Under the pieces are notes generated by a model, which was not told the origin of the DNA, did no database searches, and saw only the letters and a list, made by a program, of their open reading frames with translations. 64,000 nucleotides of DNA from Octopus sinensis (taxonomy: Eukaryota), in assembly GCF_006345805.1 (NCBI RefSeq), contig NC_043001.1, forward strand, positions 127,596,001 to 127,660,000. Direction: 5' to 3'. Positions 1 through 13,898 of this stretch are shown piece after piece. The stretch's first letter is position 1; each line of letters opens with the position of its first letter. Both the position numbers and the translations under genes were made by a program.

Positions 1-2668
1 CGATAGAATAAGTACTGGGCTTACAAAAGAATAAGTCCCGGGGTCGAGTTGCTCGATTAAAGGCAGTGCTCCAGCATGGCCGCAGTCAAATGACTGAAAC
101 TAATAAAAGAGTAAATGCATAAAAACTTATATTTGCAAATTGATTTTTACAGACACAGACCGCCATCATCATCTTCAGATTCTGGAGTGTTCCCATAATT
201 ACCCTTTCACAACAGGATGGTTGCTTGTAACATTTGGCACCCCTCACTTGCAATGCTTTTACATTCTAACTATAAAACCTGTTTTGCCTACAACTATATG
301 TTGGTTGTGAAGTCAGATATTTCTATTTCCAACATTAATAGTGAGAATAAATTTATTCCCAAAGCACAATGGAGTGAAAACTTTTTTTAATATTTCTCTT
401 CGACATTTATATTTTTAAATTTTTTTCTAACTGAAATTCTCCAAATGATAAACATCAAAAACAAATGGTTTATTTGTTTCTGCAATCATCATTCTTACAC
501 CATACAAGTCTCACTTGATGATTTGTTTTTTGGTTTAGTTTTTATAGTAAGATGTCTTTCCTAATACCAACCTATTTCTTTATTACCCACAAGGGGCTAA
601 ACATAGAGGGGACAAACAAGGACAGACATAGGTATTAAGTCGATTACATCAACCCCCCCCCCCCGTGCCTAACTGGTGCTTAATTTATCAACCCCGAAAG
701 GATGAAAGGCAAAGTCGACCTCGGCGGAATTTGAACTCACAACGTAACGGCAGACGAAATACCGCTAAGCATTTCGCCTGGCGTGCTAACGTTTCTGCCA
801 GCTCACCGCCTAATACCAACCTGTTAGAGAGCACCAGGTGCATTTGATCATGGTTACCAACCACAAAGAGGTTGTCTTATTCTTGAGAACACTACTAAAG
901 TTCCTCCTAAACCCACATTGTCCTTGCCCATTTGCCAATCATTTCATATAGTGTAGTGGGGCATTTTATCATAGCATGGCACCAGCACTAATTATGCTGC
1001 CTTTCCGTCCTGAAAGACAACAGAGTCCTAATTACTCTTATGACATACTCCTTCACTTAATGTGACATAACTAAGAGAGTAAATAGCAGATAGGATAAGG
1101 AAATAAAGTGAACTATAGTATGGTGATAGAAATAAAGTGATTAGAATGAGACAGTGGTCAAACCTGAAGTGAGATGGGTTTTGCCAAACCAAAATAGAAG
1201 ACTCAGCATGTCACAACAGTGTCCAGACAATTCCATCAGGAGTGGAAGGCTCAAGATACAAAGAGCAAAGGCCATAATAGGATCAATAGGAAAGGTAGAG
1301 AGAGGAGAGGAAAGAGATATAGTAAAGAAACAATTAATAAGGGAAAAAAAGACATAATGAACATACCTTCTTGAATGATTGAATCTGGTAAGCCAGGCCA
1401 GCTTTGATGTCAAGCACATGGGCTTCTGTCCAAGTGGGAAAAAGAAAAAAAGAAAAGAGCTTGTTAATGGCATAATGATCCTTTTAGGAAGTTAACAGAA
1501 AGCATCATCATCATCATCATCGTTTAACATCCGCTTTCCATGCTAGCATGGGTTGGACGGTTCGACCGGGGATCTGGGAAGCCAGAAGGCTGCACCAGGC
1601 TCCGGTCTTATCTGGCAATGTTTCTACAGCTGGATGCCCTTCCTAACGCCAATCACTCCGTGAGTGTAGTGGGTGCTTTTTACGTGCCACTTGCACTGGT
1701 GCCAGGCGAGGCTGGCATCGGCCACGGTCGGATTGGTGCATAGTTTCTAAGTAAAAGGAAATGTCTTGCCCAACTCTTGGCCATTCCTGAAGCATCAGCA
1801 ATGCATGAAAAATATCAATGTCTATGGTAAGAGATTTGAAACAATTCAAAGATTTAGCTGCCTAGCATGGCTTTTACTAAACCTCTAAAGTAGTGGCTAA
1901 TGCAAGAAATGAGGATGAGTGATGCCTATAGGTGAGAAGTTTTCGTAGGAGATTTGCATGCCAGATATGACCAAAAGTTTTCTGATGTGATAAGCAACAA
2001 CATTGCTTTTACCAAACCTCTAGAACAGAGCCCAGTGGTGAGTGACATAAGAGAGTAGATCACCAAAGGAACTAGTTCTTCAGAAGCCACAATTATGGCC
2101 ACTGAAGAAAGCGAAATAGTGACACTAGGTACTGGAGAACAGCATTTTTTATGGGGTTCTTCATCCTACTTTATCTTAACACTTTAGCATCCAAACCGGC
2201 CTTATCCAGCCAAAATATTTAACCTGTTTTATGTATATAAATGGCCAGATCCAGCTTCTCACCTCAATCCTACAATGCCATTCTAAAACTAAATCATATT
2301 GTTGAAATCTCAAAGCTATGAGATAATGCAGGATTAATTCAAAACAATAGAAATAAATAAGCATTATATTTGACAGAGTAATCTGAATACTAGAGTTAAA
2401 GATGTTAAAGGTGACGGCAATAGGATAATAGTTTGCTGGGTCAGAGGGGATTTCTTTCTTTGGAATGGGACAGTTTTGGGAGTGGGTGGGATTCTGTAGG
2501 CATTGTTGGTAATGTTAATTGTGGTGACAAAGGCAATGGTTATGATTCAAACCATAATTAGTATGAAAAACTAGAAACTAGAGAATGGGAACTGAAATTT
2601 TAAAAAAAGGATGAGTTAAAAGAAATTAAATTCACAAAACATATATATATATATATATGTTCATTTAC

Positions 2669-2797
2669 CTTTTGATTCATGTCCCCTGATATTGGTCTCT
2701 ACTATTGGGTAGAAATGAACAGGTAATGATAAAGCTCTGTTTGTACGAATATATAACCCCTTTTGGGTTTTAAATGCTGCTGCTACCTTGCCATTAC
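2669..2797 (-). CDS. KIAA2013: Coding exon 4 ((G)NGKVAAAFKTQKGLYIRTNRALSLPVHFYPIVETNIRGHESK); gene continues left of the window
   Basis: Acceptor tttctctttcttctag|, donor AAG|GTAAAT; 129 nt, phase 1 to 1; GNG...LYIR..RAL.LPV.F.P.V pattern resembles DUF2152 (recalled, not searched). Confidence 0.88.
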
Positions 2798-4974
2798 CTA
2801 GAAGAAAGAGAAATATGACAATCATCATTATCATCAAAATCACCATAGTCTACAATTCAATGTAAATTTTCCTAAGCTGTCATGAGACTGAATAAAAAAT
2901 ATATATATAAACACCTCATAAAATGAGAGACTTTTAAGGATTAGTGCTTAGCTCTAATTCCATGGTTAAGCAGATGAGATTATTCACACAAACACTCTCC
3001 ACCTCCTACTAAGACAAGACACTGGTCTATCACAGGTAGCATTCCCAGCCTCAGGTATGTCTGCAAGAGTGTGTAAAGAGAGTGGCAGGTGGATAGAGAT
3101 GAAGACAAAAAAATTATTTAACCCTTTGGTATTTAATCCATCCATATCCAGCCCAAATATTCTACTTGTTTTATGTCAAAATGACCAGATCCAACCTCTC
3201 ACACCTACCCTACAATATCAATATCATTCTGAAAATATACAAACACACCATTTTGAAGCTAGAGTGGGGTGCTTTGGGTAATACAAAATACAGGAGGATC
3301 AATTAATTGTGATTTTATTCAACATATTCCCCTCTCAGATCCACACACTTATTGCAGTGGCCCTTCAGTTTTTCTAAGCTCTGTAAAAGAACTCAAAAGG
3401 TTGGGCCTCCAACCAGGCCTTTCGCAATACCCCGAAAGCCAGGATCTTTTCAGCACCCCCTCATACAAAATGTGATTAATTCAAAGCAATGTGAATAAAT
3501 AAACCTAAATGCTAAAAGGTTAAATAAAATAAGTTAAAGTGGTTTGTTGTTTAGTCCAAGTCAAACTGACCTGTGTTCAAATGAATTCCAACCATGACCA
3601 TCCTGCCATTTTCTGGAGGAGAATAGTCTATCTAAAACTACAATATCCAATGTGTCTTTCCACTTTTGGGGGGGGGGGATGATAAGGTGCAATTTTAGGG
3701 AGACTTGTCTAACCAGTGGCTAAACAACAATACCACTGACCTGAGTCAATGACAAAATTTATACATGATCCCCCAGTTTGCCCCACCCAAAAAAAAAATT
3801 ATCATCATCAGTTTAACATCTATTTTTCCATACCTGCTTGAGCTGGACAGAATTTTATTGAGGTGAATTTTCTATGGCCAGGTGCTCTTCCTATTGCCAA
3901 CCCTCTCCTGGTTCCAAGCAAGGTAATATGACCCTTTGACCAGACATCATGTGATGTCAAAGCAAAGAGACACTAACATTCACAAGACACTGGTCGACCT
4001 GGGGTTATAGTAGAAGACACTTGCACAAGGTACTACAGAGGGACTGAACCCGGAAACTTATGGTTAGAAAGCAAGCTTTTCACCACACAGCCACCAAATC
4101 ACAATTTTCTGTCTTATAGCAGAGAAGAAACACTGGATAATATAATCATAGCTAAGTGCCTGATACAAAGACAAAATGGCTGATCATAAGGTTCTCAAAC
4201 AGGGATAACCTGAGACTAAACAATATTTCACTTTTATCATCAGCATTTACATCGGTTTTTCTATGCTGGCATGGGTTGAACGGTTTGACAGAAGCTGACC
4301 AGGTGAAGGCCATTCAGGTTCCATGCCTGTTTTGGCATGGTTTTCCATGGCTGGATGCCCTTCTTAATGCCAACCATTTTACAGTGCTTACTAGGTGCTT
4401 TTACGCAGCACCAGTATGTGGTACCAACCCTTACAAACTTATGAGATTAGGGGTGCTCTGCTGGAGAGGATTGCAAGGGTCCAAAAAATACAACTTTGAT
4501 CATCATCATTATTTTTAACACCCCATTTCCATGCTCACATGCATCAGACAGTATTTGCTGAGGCAGATTGTTACAACCAGATTCCATTCCTGTCACCTAA
4601 CACTCACCTGTTTCCAAGTAAGGCAATACAGGTAATATTTCCTGATGACCAGACATCTTTTCATAGAATATTGGAAATCAAGGATGCTGCATGCATGACA
4701 GCCACACTCGTTAGCATCATGTGATGTCAAGACATGGAGACAGTAACATGCACATGGCTGTATGGTAAGAAGCTTGCTTCACAACCACATGGTTCTGGGT
4801 TCAGTCCCACTACATGGCACCTTGGGCAAATGTCTTCTAATATAGCTTCGGGACAACCAAAGATTTGTGAGTGGATTTGGTAGACGGAAACTGAAAGAAG
4901 CCCATCATATATATATATATATATATATATCATCATCATTTAGCGTCCGCTTTCCATGCTAGCATGGGTTGGAC

Positions 4975-5012
<38 letters not shown>

Positions 5013-5530
5013 TTATATGTGTCTTTGTATGTGTACATACATTTATATGTGTCTTTGTATGTGTTTGTCCCCCTCCACCACCACCATCACTTGACAACCG
5101 ATGTTGATGTGTTTACGTCCCTGTAACCTAGTGGTTCAGCAAAAGAAACCAATAGAATAAGCACTTGGCTTACAAGGAATAAATCCTGGGGGTCAATTTC
5201 TTCGACTAAAACCCTTTTAAAGTGGTGCTCCAGCATGGTCGCAGTCAAGTGACTGAAACATATAAAAGAATAAAACAACATGCATGCGCACGCACACACA
5301 CAGCAAGTTTCTTTCAGTTTCCGTCTGTCGAATCCACTCACAAGACTTTGGTCCGTGCAGGGCTATAGAAGATAACACTTGCCATGCAGTAGGGCTGAAC
5401 CTGAAACCCATGTGATTGGGATGCCATCTTCTTATCACACACCGAAGCCTGTGCATGTTAAAAAAAAAAAGAAAGAAAAAAGAAAAAACAAAGCAAAACC
5501 AAATAAACCGTAAAAGAGAGTGTGACTTAC

Positions 5531-5650
5531 CAACATAAGGCAAATAGGTCTCACTATCAACTGGCTCTGGAAGGATAACAATTGCATCATCGGATTCTAT
5601 AGAATGCTGGAATATGGAAAGTTTCTCCTCAATACAACCAGATATGGAAT
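5531..5650 (-). CDS. KIAA2013: Coding exon 3 ((N)SISGCIEEKLSIFQHSIESDDAIVILPEPVDSETYLPYV)
   Basis: Poly-T acceptor ttttatttag|, donor TTG|GTAAGT; 120 nt, phase 1 to 1; joins exon 4 to form LPYVGNG, a motif I recall from invertebrate KIAA2013/DUF2152 proteins. Confidence 0.88.
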
Positions 5651-5721
5651 CTAAATAAAAAAAAAGGACAATGTCAAAAAATTACAAATGTTACAAAAAT
5701 AGAAATAAATAAAATACAGGT

Positions 5722-6212
5722 ATCATCATCATCATCATCATTATTTAACGTCCGCTTTCCATGCTGGCATGGGTTGGATGGTTCAACTGGGGTCTGGGAA
5801 GCCAGAAGGCTGCACCAGGCTCCAGTCTGATCTAGCAGTGTTTCTACAGCTGGATGCCCTTCCTAACGCCAACCACTCCGTGAGTGTAGTGGGTGCTTTT
5901 TATGTCCCACCGGCACAGGTGCCAGACGAGGTTGGCGAACGCCACGCTCGGATGGTGTTTTTTTTTGTGCCACCGACACAGGTGCCAGACGAGGCTGGCG
6001 AACGACCACGCTCGGATGGTGTCTTTTATGTGCCACCGGCACTGGTGCCAGGTGAGGCTGGCGAACGGCCACGCTCGGATGGTGTTATTTTTGTGCCACC
6101 GACACAGATGCCAGACGAGGCTGGCAAACGGCCACGATCGGATGGTGTTTTTTTTGTGCCACCGACACAGATGCCAGACGAGGCTGGCAAACGGCCACGA
6201 TCGGATGGTGCC
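5722..6212 (-). mobile_element. 5'-truncated RTE 3' UTR with five ~60-bp tandem units; shorter tails at ~1503-1740(-), 24460-24758(+), 25197-25427(-), 33343-33656(-), 33991-34311(+), 53906-54139(-), 58305-58505(+)
   Basis: (CAT)n followed by the conserved TTTAACGTCCGCTTTCCATGCT..CTGGATGCCCTTCCTAACGCC block shared with 28139-29000. Confidence 0.85.
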
Positions 6213-6787
6213 ACAATAAAAAATGGTGGATTTTGATACTGTTATTTTGATAAAAGTAGGACACCTAACTAGGGTGACGTTCATATTTTATGCTTACTTT
6301 TCCATGCTGTATGTGTTAAATAAATTTTCATATAATTTCTAACACAAAGCTATTTGTGCATAAAATATTAACACACACACACATATATCACACCGAACAA
6401 TATATCATTGATTACAGCATATAACTGATCAATATGTTATTGTTAGTTCTATGCCAACTGTTGCATATACTGATGACTTTTCAGACATGATGTCTGGTAG
6501 TAGCATGTCTGAAGAGTTGTCAGTATTGCCTGATACAAAAGTCAACACAAAACAGATGGCAACACTCTGACCAGTTATAAAACATGACCAGTAATATACT
6601 GCTGAATGAGATATAAAAATACAACAGCTCTATTATTTATGTTGAGAGTGGACAGCTATCCAATAGTGTCTATGTGTGTGTGTGTATGTGTGTGTATGTG
6701 TATGTGTGTGTATGTGTATGTGTGTGTGTGTATGTGTGTGTGTGTGTGTAGAATCTATCCAATAATGTATGTAAGTATATATGTATA

Positions 6788-7174
6788 CCTATTTCTTTAT
6801 TACCCACAAGGGGCTAAACAAAGAGGGGACAAACAAGGACAGACATAGGTATTAAGTCGATTACATCGACCCAGTGTGTAACTGGTACTTAATTTATCGA
6901 CCCCGAAAGGATGAAACGCAAAGTCGACCACAGCGGAATTTGAACCCAGAACGTAACAGCAGACGAAATACCTATTTCTTTACTACGCACAAGGGGCTAA
7001 ACAAGGACAGACAAACATCGACCCCAGTGCGTAACTGGTACTTAATTTATCGACCCCAAAAGGATGAAAGGCAAAGTCGACCTTGGCGGAATTTGAACCC
7101 ACAACGTAACGACAGACGAAATACGGCTACGCATTTCGCCCGACGTGCTAACGTTTCTGCCAGCTCACCGCCTT
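6788..7174 (-). mobile_element. SINE family B dimer
   Basis: Two bodies joined at GAAATACCTATTTC (6965-6978); TAAGTATATATGTA on both flanks. Confidence 0.85.
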
Positions 7175-8036
7175 AAGTATATATGTAAGTATATGTAAGT
7201 ATATATGTAAGTATATATGTATACCATGATCATACTAGCAAGAGTCAAAAAGGTATTTTAAACAGTACTCTAATGCCTGTACATCTGGTGGTGGTGGTGT
7301 GTGTGTGTGTGTGTGTGTATGAACGCACTGCATTTATATGTATAATGAAATAATTCCACACTACCGTCTTAAAAAAAAGGGGCTGGAGGTACTTTACATA
7401 GAGTAATATCAGATACACAATATCTGAAAAACAAAGAAGAAAGCATTGTCCACAGGTGGAATGCCTTTAATTATAGGTCTACTCGGGCTAAACTATAATG
7501 TTCTTTTCTAATTTCAGCACAAGGGCAGCAATTTTGAGAGGAAGAGGCAAGTCAACTGCATTGACCCTAGTGTTCAAATGGTACTTATTTTATTGACCCC
7601 CAAAAGGACGAAAGGCAAAGTTGGCCTCAGTGGATAAAGAGCTGAAAGAAATACCACTAATCATTTTGTATAGCTTGGCAACAATTCTGCCTGCTCACCA
7701 CCTAAGTTATAATATCAGTAATTAACAAGGGCTCTTACAGTTAATAACAGCTTTTTTTAACTAAAAATTTTGTTGAACACAGTATTATTATTTGTATAGG
7801 AACAACACTGTGTTGACTACAATCCCTGTATTTCTCTATCCAAGTTGCTATCATACCTACGATTCTTGACTTCAAGCTGACACCAGATGGTCATAAAACT
7901 TATTTCTTTACCCCTACTTGACATCAAGTAGCTACAATAATGGTTTTTTATGTTCATTTTGATACATAAGTGTGAAAAACTTGTTCAATTAACATACAGA
8001 GCAGTTGAATACTCCATAAACACATAATTTTCAGAT

Positions 8037-8424
8037 GGATGGATGGAAGCACTCCGTCGGTTACGACGACGAGGGTTCCGGTTGATCCGATCAACGGAAC
8101 AGCCTGCTCGTGAAATTAACGTGTAAGTGGCTGAGCATTCCACACACACGTGTACCCTTAACGTAGTTCTCAGGGATATTCAGCGTGACACAGAGAGTGA
8201 CAAGGCCGGCCCTTTGAAATACAGGTACAACAGAAACAGGAAGTAAGAGTGAGAGAAAGTTGTGGTGAAAGAGTACAGCAGGGATCACCACCATCCCTGC
8301 CGGAACCTCATGGAGCTTTAGGTGTTTTCGCTCAATAAACACTCACAACGCCCGGTCTGGGAATCGAAACCGCGATCCTACGACCGCGAGTCCGCTGCCC
8401 TAACCACTGGGCCATTGCGCATCC
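8037..8424 (-). mobile_element. SINE family C, full length
   Basis: Reverse complement of the 21919 copy; 11-bp TSD AATTTTCAGAT. Confidence 0.92.
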
Positions 8425-9439
8425 AATTTTCAGATAGAGCCAATATGACAAGACCGGTCCATTGAACTGGTACAGTCTATCCAACGAGCTTTATATAGTT
8501 TCATTCATTCACAAATGAATGGGTTGACCTGAGATTATGGTAAATACACTTGCCCAAGATGCTTCACAGTGCTATTGGAGGAATGATTGGGCCTGGCTGT
8601 TTGGACACTCGTGGTTTAGTACAACTGACTGACCATTCGGGTTGTTTTGGCACTGGAGGGAAAACACACACAAACACACATGCATGCACATACTGAAATA
8701 TACAGATAAATGTAAAGAGACACATACAAACGTAACTAAATGCTCAAACACTTATCAAGAATTGATCGGTGATAACACAGGTCAATGATCATCAAAACTT
8801 CTGCTTGAACCACAAAAGCACACCCCAGCAACCATCCATAAAGCTCAGGACAATTTGGGCTCACAAAATGGGACCTATTTTGTTGGGTGGTGTGCAAATA
8901 GAAAGTGCAGTTTGCATAAAATGTTATACATTGATCTTTGTTTACTAGGGTGTTAAATGAACCAGTGATAAATGTATAATAGAAAATAAGAGGGGGAGAG
9001 AGAGAGAGAGAGAGTGTGTGTGTGTGTGTGTGTGTTTTTATCATTTTAATATCCACACTTTTCCATGCTTGTATAGTTGGTAGCAGAAAGAGTTGTCCAA
9101 AGTAAAATCCTACTTCAGGTAAAGTTCATCCAACCCTATACTGGCATGGGGAAATGGACATGAGTGAATGAGTAATTGCCTGAGTACATTGTGGAACTGA
9201 AAGCAATCTGTGACATTGCTCAGGGGTGATAGAAGCTCAGGTGGTTTTGACTAGCTTCTTTTTTAACAAAACTCCGCAGGAGTGGCTGTGTGGTAAGTAG
9301 CTTGCTTACCAACCACATGGTTCCGGGTTCAGTCCCAGTGCGTGGCATCTTGGGCAAGTGTCTTCTGCTATAGCCCCAGGCCGACCAATGCCTTGTGAGT
9401 GGATTTGGTATACGGAAACTGAAAGAAGCCTGTCGTATA

Positions 9440-11337
9440 TTTTTTTATAGGGATATTTATATTTATTTATTTGTATGGGTGTGGGAGTGAATATTTTGAT
9501 GTATATATCGAGGTTTGTACGTATGTATATGTATGTGTGAGTGGAGTGGGTATAGGTATATGTAGTGGGTGTGTGTTTTACGTGTGTGTATTTGTGTGTG
9601 ATAGGGGGATTGCTATATAGGTATGTTATAGTGTTTAGTAAAGGGAGATTTTATCGTTATATGTATATATGAGTTTTCGTTTATCATGGTAGTTTTATTA
9701 AAGAATTTGTAGTAATTTCTGTCTGTTTAAGTGTTTAACTTATTATTCCATTTATTCCATTCATAATTTTAAATAACGTTCGTTCTCCACGCACAAAGAA
9801 TTTTATAATTCCATTCTGTTCCATTCATAATTTTAAATGACGTTCATTCACCGAGCTAAGAATTTTTATAAATATGTTCGGTTTCTATGGTAACGTAATT
9901 TTGTTTAAAGTTATAACAGCTAGAGTTTGAATTCACTTCATAAATTAAAACAGATTAGGAGGTATGTATTTTTTTCTCCTTATGTTAATCTTGTTACTTA
10001 TGATAATCTGGTTACTTATGGAGTATTTTATATATCGTATTATGTGTAGATATGTTGTTTTTCTTTTGAGTGTTTATGTATGTGTGAATGTGTGTGTGTG
10101 CGTATTTGGTTGTGTAATTTATTTATCTATATGGGTGTGGGTGTGAATATATTGTTGTATATATCGAGTTTAGTACGTATGTATATGTATATGTGAGGGG
10201 GTATATGTATATGTTATGGGTGTGTGTTTTACGTATGTGTATTTTTGTGTGTGAATGTATTATGGGGATTGCTATATAGGTATTATTGTGCATGGTAAAG
10301 GGTGTTTTATCATTATATGTATATATGGGTTTCATTATCATGATTGGTTTATTAATGATTTTGGAGTAAATTCTGTATATTTACGTTGATTAAATATTAT
10401 TCCATTCTTTCCATTCATAATTTTAAAAAAAACCTTCGATCACCATCCGCAAAGAATTGTTTATTTTTCTTTTGAGTGTTTATGTATGTGTGAATGTGTG
10501 TGTGTGTGTGTGATTGTTTGCATAATTTATTTATCTGTATGGGTGTGGGTGTGAATATATTGGTGTATATATCGAGTTCTGTATGTATGTATATGTATGT
10601 GTGAGCGGGTATATGTATATTGTTTATGACTGTGGGTTGTATGTGTGTGTGAGGGAGTATGAATAAGTCATGTGTTGAAGTATTTGGCTATTTTATTAAT
10701 TTATTAATTTATCGTTGCCTAGACGTTTTTATGTGTGTGTATAGAGATATATATATTGGTGTGTGAGTTAGTGTATGTATTTAGATATGGTTATATATAC
10801 TTAGTTATATGTGTATGAGCATGTGTGTATATATAGTTTATTTTTATTTTGTTTTTGTTTTTGTTTGTTTTTGTTTTTTGTCTTTTGTTTTTTGTTTTTG
10901 TTTTTTTTGTTTTTTGTTTTTTGTACATCTTTAAATATGAGAACTTTAATAATAGGTTTCTTTATATTCAATTGTTTATAGGGTTTATTTTAGATTATAT
11001 ATTGATTATATATAGATTATATATAGATTATATATAGATTATATATATTTATATTTTTCATTGATAATTTTATTATTTTAAACTTATATTTTAATATATT
11101 GATATTTTAGATCGAAAATCCACCTGACGAATGTCATTGAAGACATGAAACGATTGTAGTGGCGGTTTATTTCTTTATATTAAAAATTTTTATGTATTGA
11201 TTAAGTCTTTCCTTGTTTGTTTTGCAAAATAGTGGTTTTGTCTCTAATAATATTTTATAATATTTTACTATAAAATTGGATTTAATCCTATATCTGATTT
11301 TTTCCCTGTAAATTTGGATTTCTTCCCTAATATTTAT

Positions 11338-11340
<3 letters not shown>
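9440..11340 (+). mobile_element. ~1.9-kb non-coding hammerhead-carrying insertion (Penelope-like or retrozyme-like) inside the (TA)n of a SINE
   Basis: Splits a family A SINE into a 5' half (to 9439) and a 3' half (from ~11342); internal ~400-bp degenerate direct repeats; hammerhead ~180 bp from the 3' end, then (TA)n. Confidence 0.65.
11120..11162 (+). ncRNA. Minimal type I hammerhead ribozyme with intact core
   Basis: CCAC-CTGACGA-ATGTC-attgaa-GACAT-GAAAC-gatt-GTA-GTGG: stem I CCAC/GTGG, CUGANGA box, 5-bp stem II, GAAA box, 2-bp stem III, GUA cleavage triplet. Confidence 0.85.
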
Positions 11341-11393
<53 letters not shown>

Positions 11394-13093
11394 GTGTGTA
11401 TATGTTTGTGTGTCTGTGTTTGTTCCCCTAGCATTGCTTGACAACCAATGCTGGTGTGTTTACGTCCCTGTCACTTAGCGGTTCGGCAAAAGAGACTGAT
11501 ATAATAAGTACTGGGCTTACAAAAGAATAAGTCCCGGGGCTGATTTGCTCCACTAAAGGCGGTGCTCCAGCATGGCCGCAGTCAAATGACTGAAACAAGT
11601 AAAAGAGTAAAGAGAGATTCTCTGTGGGGGTTCAAGCTGGGTGAGTTACCAGACCATAGAAGTATGTGATAATTAATAAATCAGGCAGTGGTTGTTTTGG
11701 CAGTTGTTTTCAAGTGTCAGATGCTAGGGGAAGAAATTCCACAATTCCAAATAATTTACTGGTCGAAAGAAGCATGAAGTACTCCAAGATCACATACAAT
11801 GACAGCATCCTGAAGGAACAGAGGTCCAATACCTACATCTGACATGGCATCACAAACTAACACTATCTGTAGGAACTTGATGCTGAACTTCAAACAGAAT
11901 GGATTGCAAGCTTCACCAAGCCTTCCTTCAAACTCTGCAGTCTTAGCTTCCAAAATTTTATTGGATCAGAAAACACTTTAGACCTCTATTCTACATGTCA
12001 CTTCCTTAGCACAAGTTGAAACCACTTGTGATACTCTCTACCATTGCTGGTCACTTGGCTGTTGTACCCTATTTCTTGAAACTGTCTGTAATAGTTGGTT
12101 CTTGATGCACTAATTCCAACAGCTGTCCTCTTTTTAAGGATTTCTCCCACATTGCCAAACCTGCTCATTTTCATGGTTCTTTTGAGAATATTGTCAAACC
12201 TCTTGATGCAACATCTCTGTCTGCCACATCATGTTCTTCTAAGATGATGTTCCAAAGAGATACTTTCACAAAGAACTCTGAAAACAAACTGCTTTTTTTC
12301 AAGAAAAACCTTCTGTGTCTTCCTCTTTTAATAGAGTGCATCAAAAACTACATAAAAGTACTGGCTGAATAAGTATTACTCAAATAAGTTCAGATAATAT
12401 CACTGGAACATTTTGAGATAAGCAGAAGCCTCATATTTGTTTGTACTGTTGTTAGTATAATCAACCTAGAAATTAGCGGAATCATTCACTAAAGGAAATG
12501 AAACACTTCTGCTGCATCATTTACAGATAAGAATAATTTTTCTGAATATTCATTTATCTTTATTTTTTTTTTTTGTTTTTAATATATATTTCTTTACTAC
12601 CCACAAGGGGCTAACCACAGAGGGGACAAACAAGGGCAGACAAACAGATTAAGTCGATTACATTGACCCCAGTGCGTAACTGGTACTTAATTTATCGACC
12701 CTGAAAGGATGAAAGGCAAAGTCGACCTCGGCGGAGTTTGAACTCAGAACGTAACGGCAGACGAAATACAGCTATGCATTTCGCCCGGCATGCTAACGAT
12801 TCTGCCAGCTCGCCGCCTTTTGTTTTTAATATACGTTACTGAGACCCACATATATTCTAGACAACAGATGTAGCGCTAAATAAAATCAAAAACAATAAAA
12901 CAAACCCCTCAATAAAGAAGAATAGATGTAACATGCAAACACCATTCTACACCTATAAAATACAAGACTACCAACACCTCAGCAGCACAGAGGTGTGTCT
13001 GCTGGTACACCAACAGCTCACACAAAACTGATGAAAACAACTAATAACAACTTTCAAATTTTGGCACACGGCCTAGTAGTTTAGTGGGGAACC

Positions 13094-13641
13094 ACTCGCA
13101 CCGTGAAGGGAACTGACCTCTAACTGTAGAAGAAAACCTGTGGAAGAGGTAGACCCAGGAAGATGTGGATGAGGTGGTAAAATATGATCTTCAGATGTTG
13201 AGATGATGACAAGTGACTGAGATTTTTGGTGATTTGCTGTGCATGAAAAGACACATCAAGCTATGTGAAATCATAGTTGTGGACAGTGTCACATAAAAGG
13301 CACCTGTGCCGGTGACACGTGAAGGACACCCATGCCGGTGACTCGTGAAGGAGTAAAAGACACCAATTTTGGTGACACATGAAGGACACCCATGCTGGTG
13401 ACACATGAAGGACAGCCATGTTGGTGACATGTAAAAGGCACCTCAGCTGGTAACACATGAAAGGCACCCGTACTGGTGACACATAAAAGACACTTGTGCC
13501 AGTGACACGTAAAAGCACCTGGTACACTCTGTGGAGTGGTTGGCGTTAGGAAGGACATCCAGCAGTAGAAACCAAGCCAAAAGAGATTCCAGTCAAACCA
13601 TCTAAACCATGGAAAACAGACGCTACATGATGATGATGATG
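13094..13641 (+). mobile_element. Older RTE LINE 3' portion with ~28-bp tandem units
   Basis: GGAAGAGGTAGACCCAGGAAG (GRGRPRK), tandem GGTGACAC(A/G)TGAAGGACACC units, (GAT)n tail. Confidence 0.75.
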
Positions 13642-13898
13642 AAGAGGTTAGTTAATTACATCAATCCCAGTACTTGACTAATGACTCTAAAAGGGAGGAA
13701 AGGAAAGTTGATCTTAGCAGTATTTGAATGCAGAACATCAGAACCAGAAGAAATGCCACTAAGCATTTAGTCTGATGCAGTAACAATTCCTCGAGCTCAC
13801 TCTTTAGCATTTAAACCAACCACATCCAACCCAAATATTCTATCTGTTTCATGTTCAAATCAGCCATATCTGGCTTGTCACACATACTCTACTATGTC

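Noticed and set aside
1090-2160. Possible decayed LINE ORF around the 110-aa ORF
   Set aside because: Only a faint SGHC-type resemblance; too degraded to assign
5890-6212. Regular ~60-bp repeats resembling a CRISPR array, with a 155-aa repetitive ORF
   Set aside because: No unique spacers and a eukaryotic context; this is the RTE 3' UTR tandem array and the ORF is a by-product
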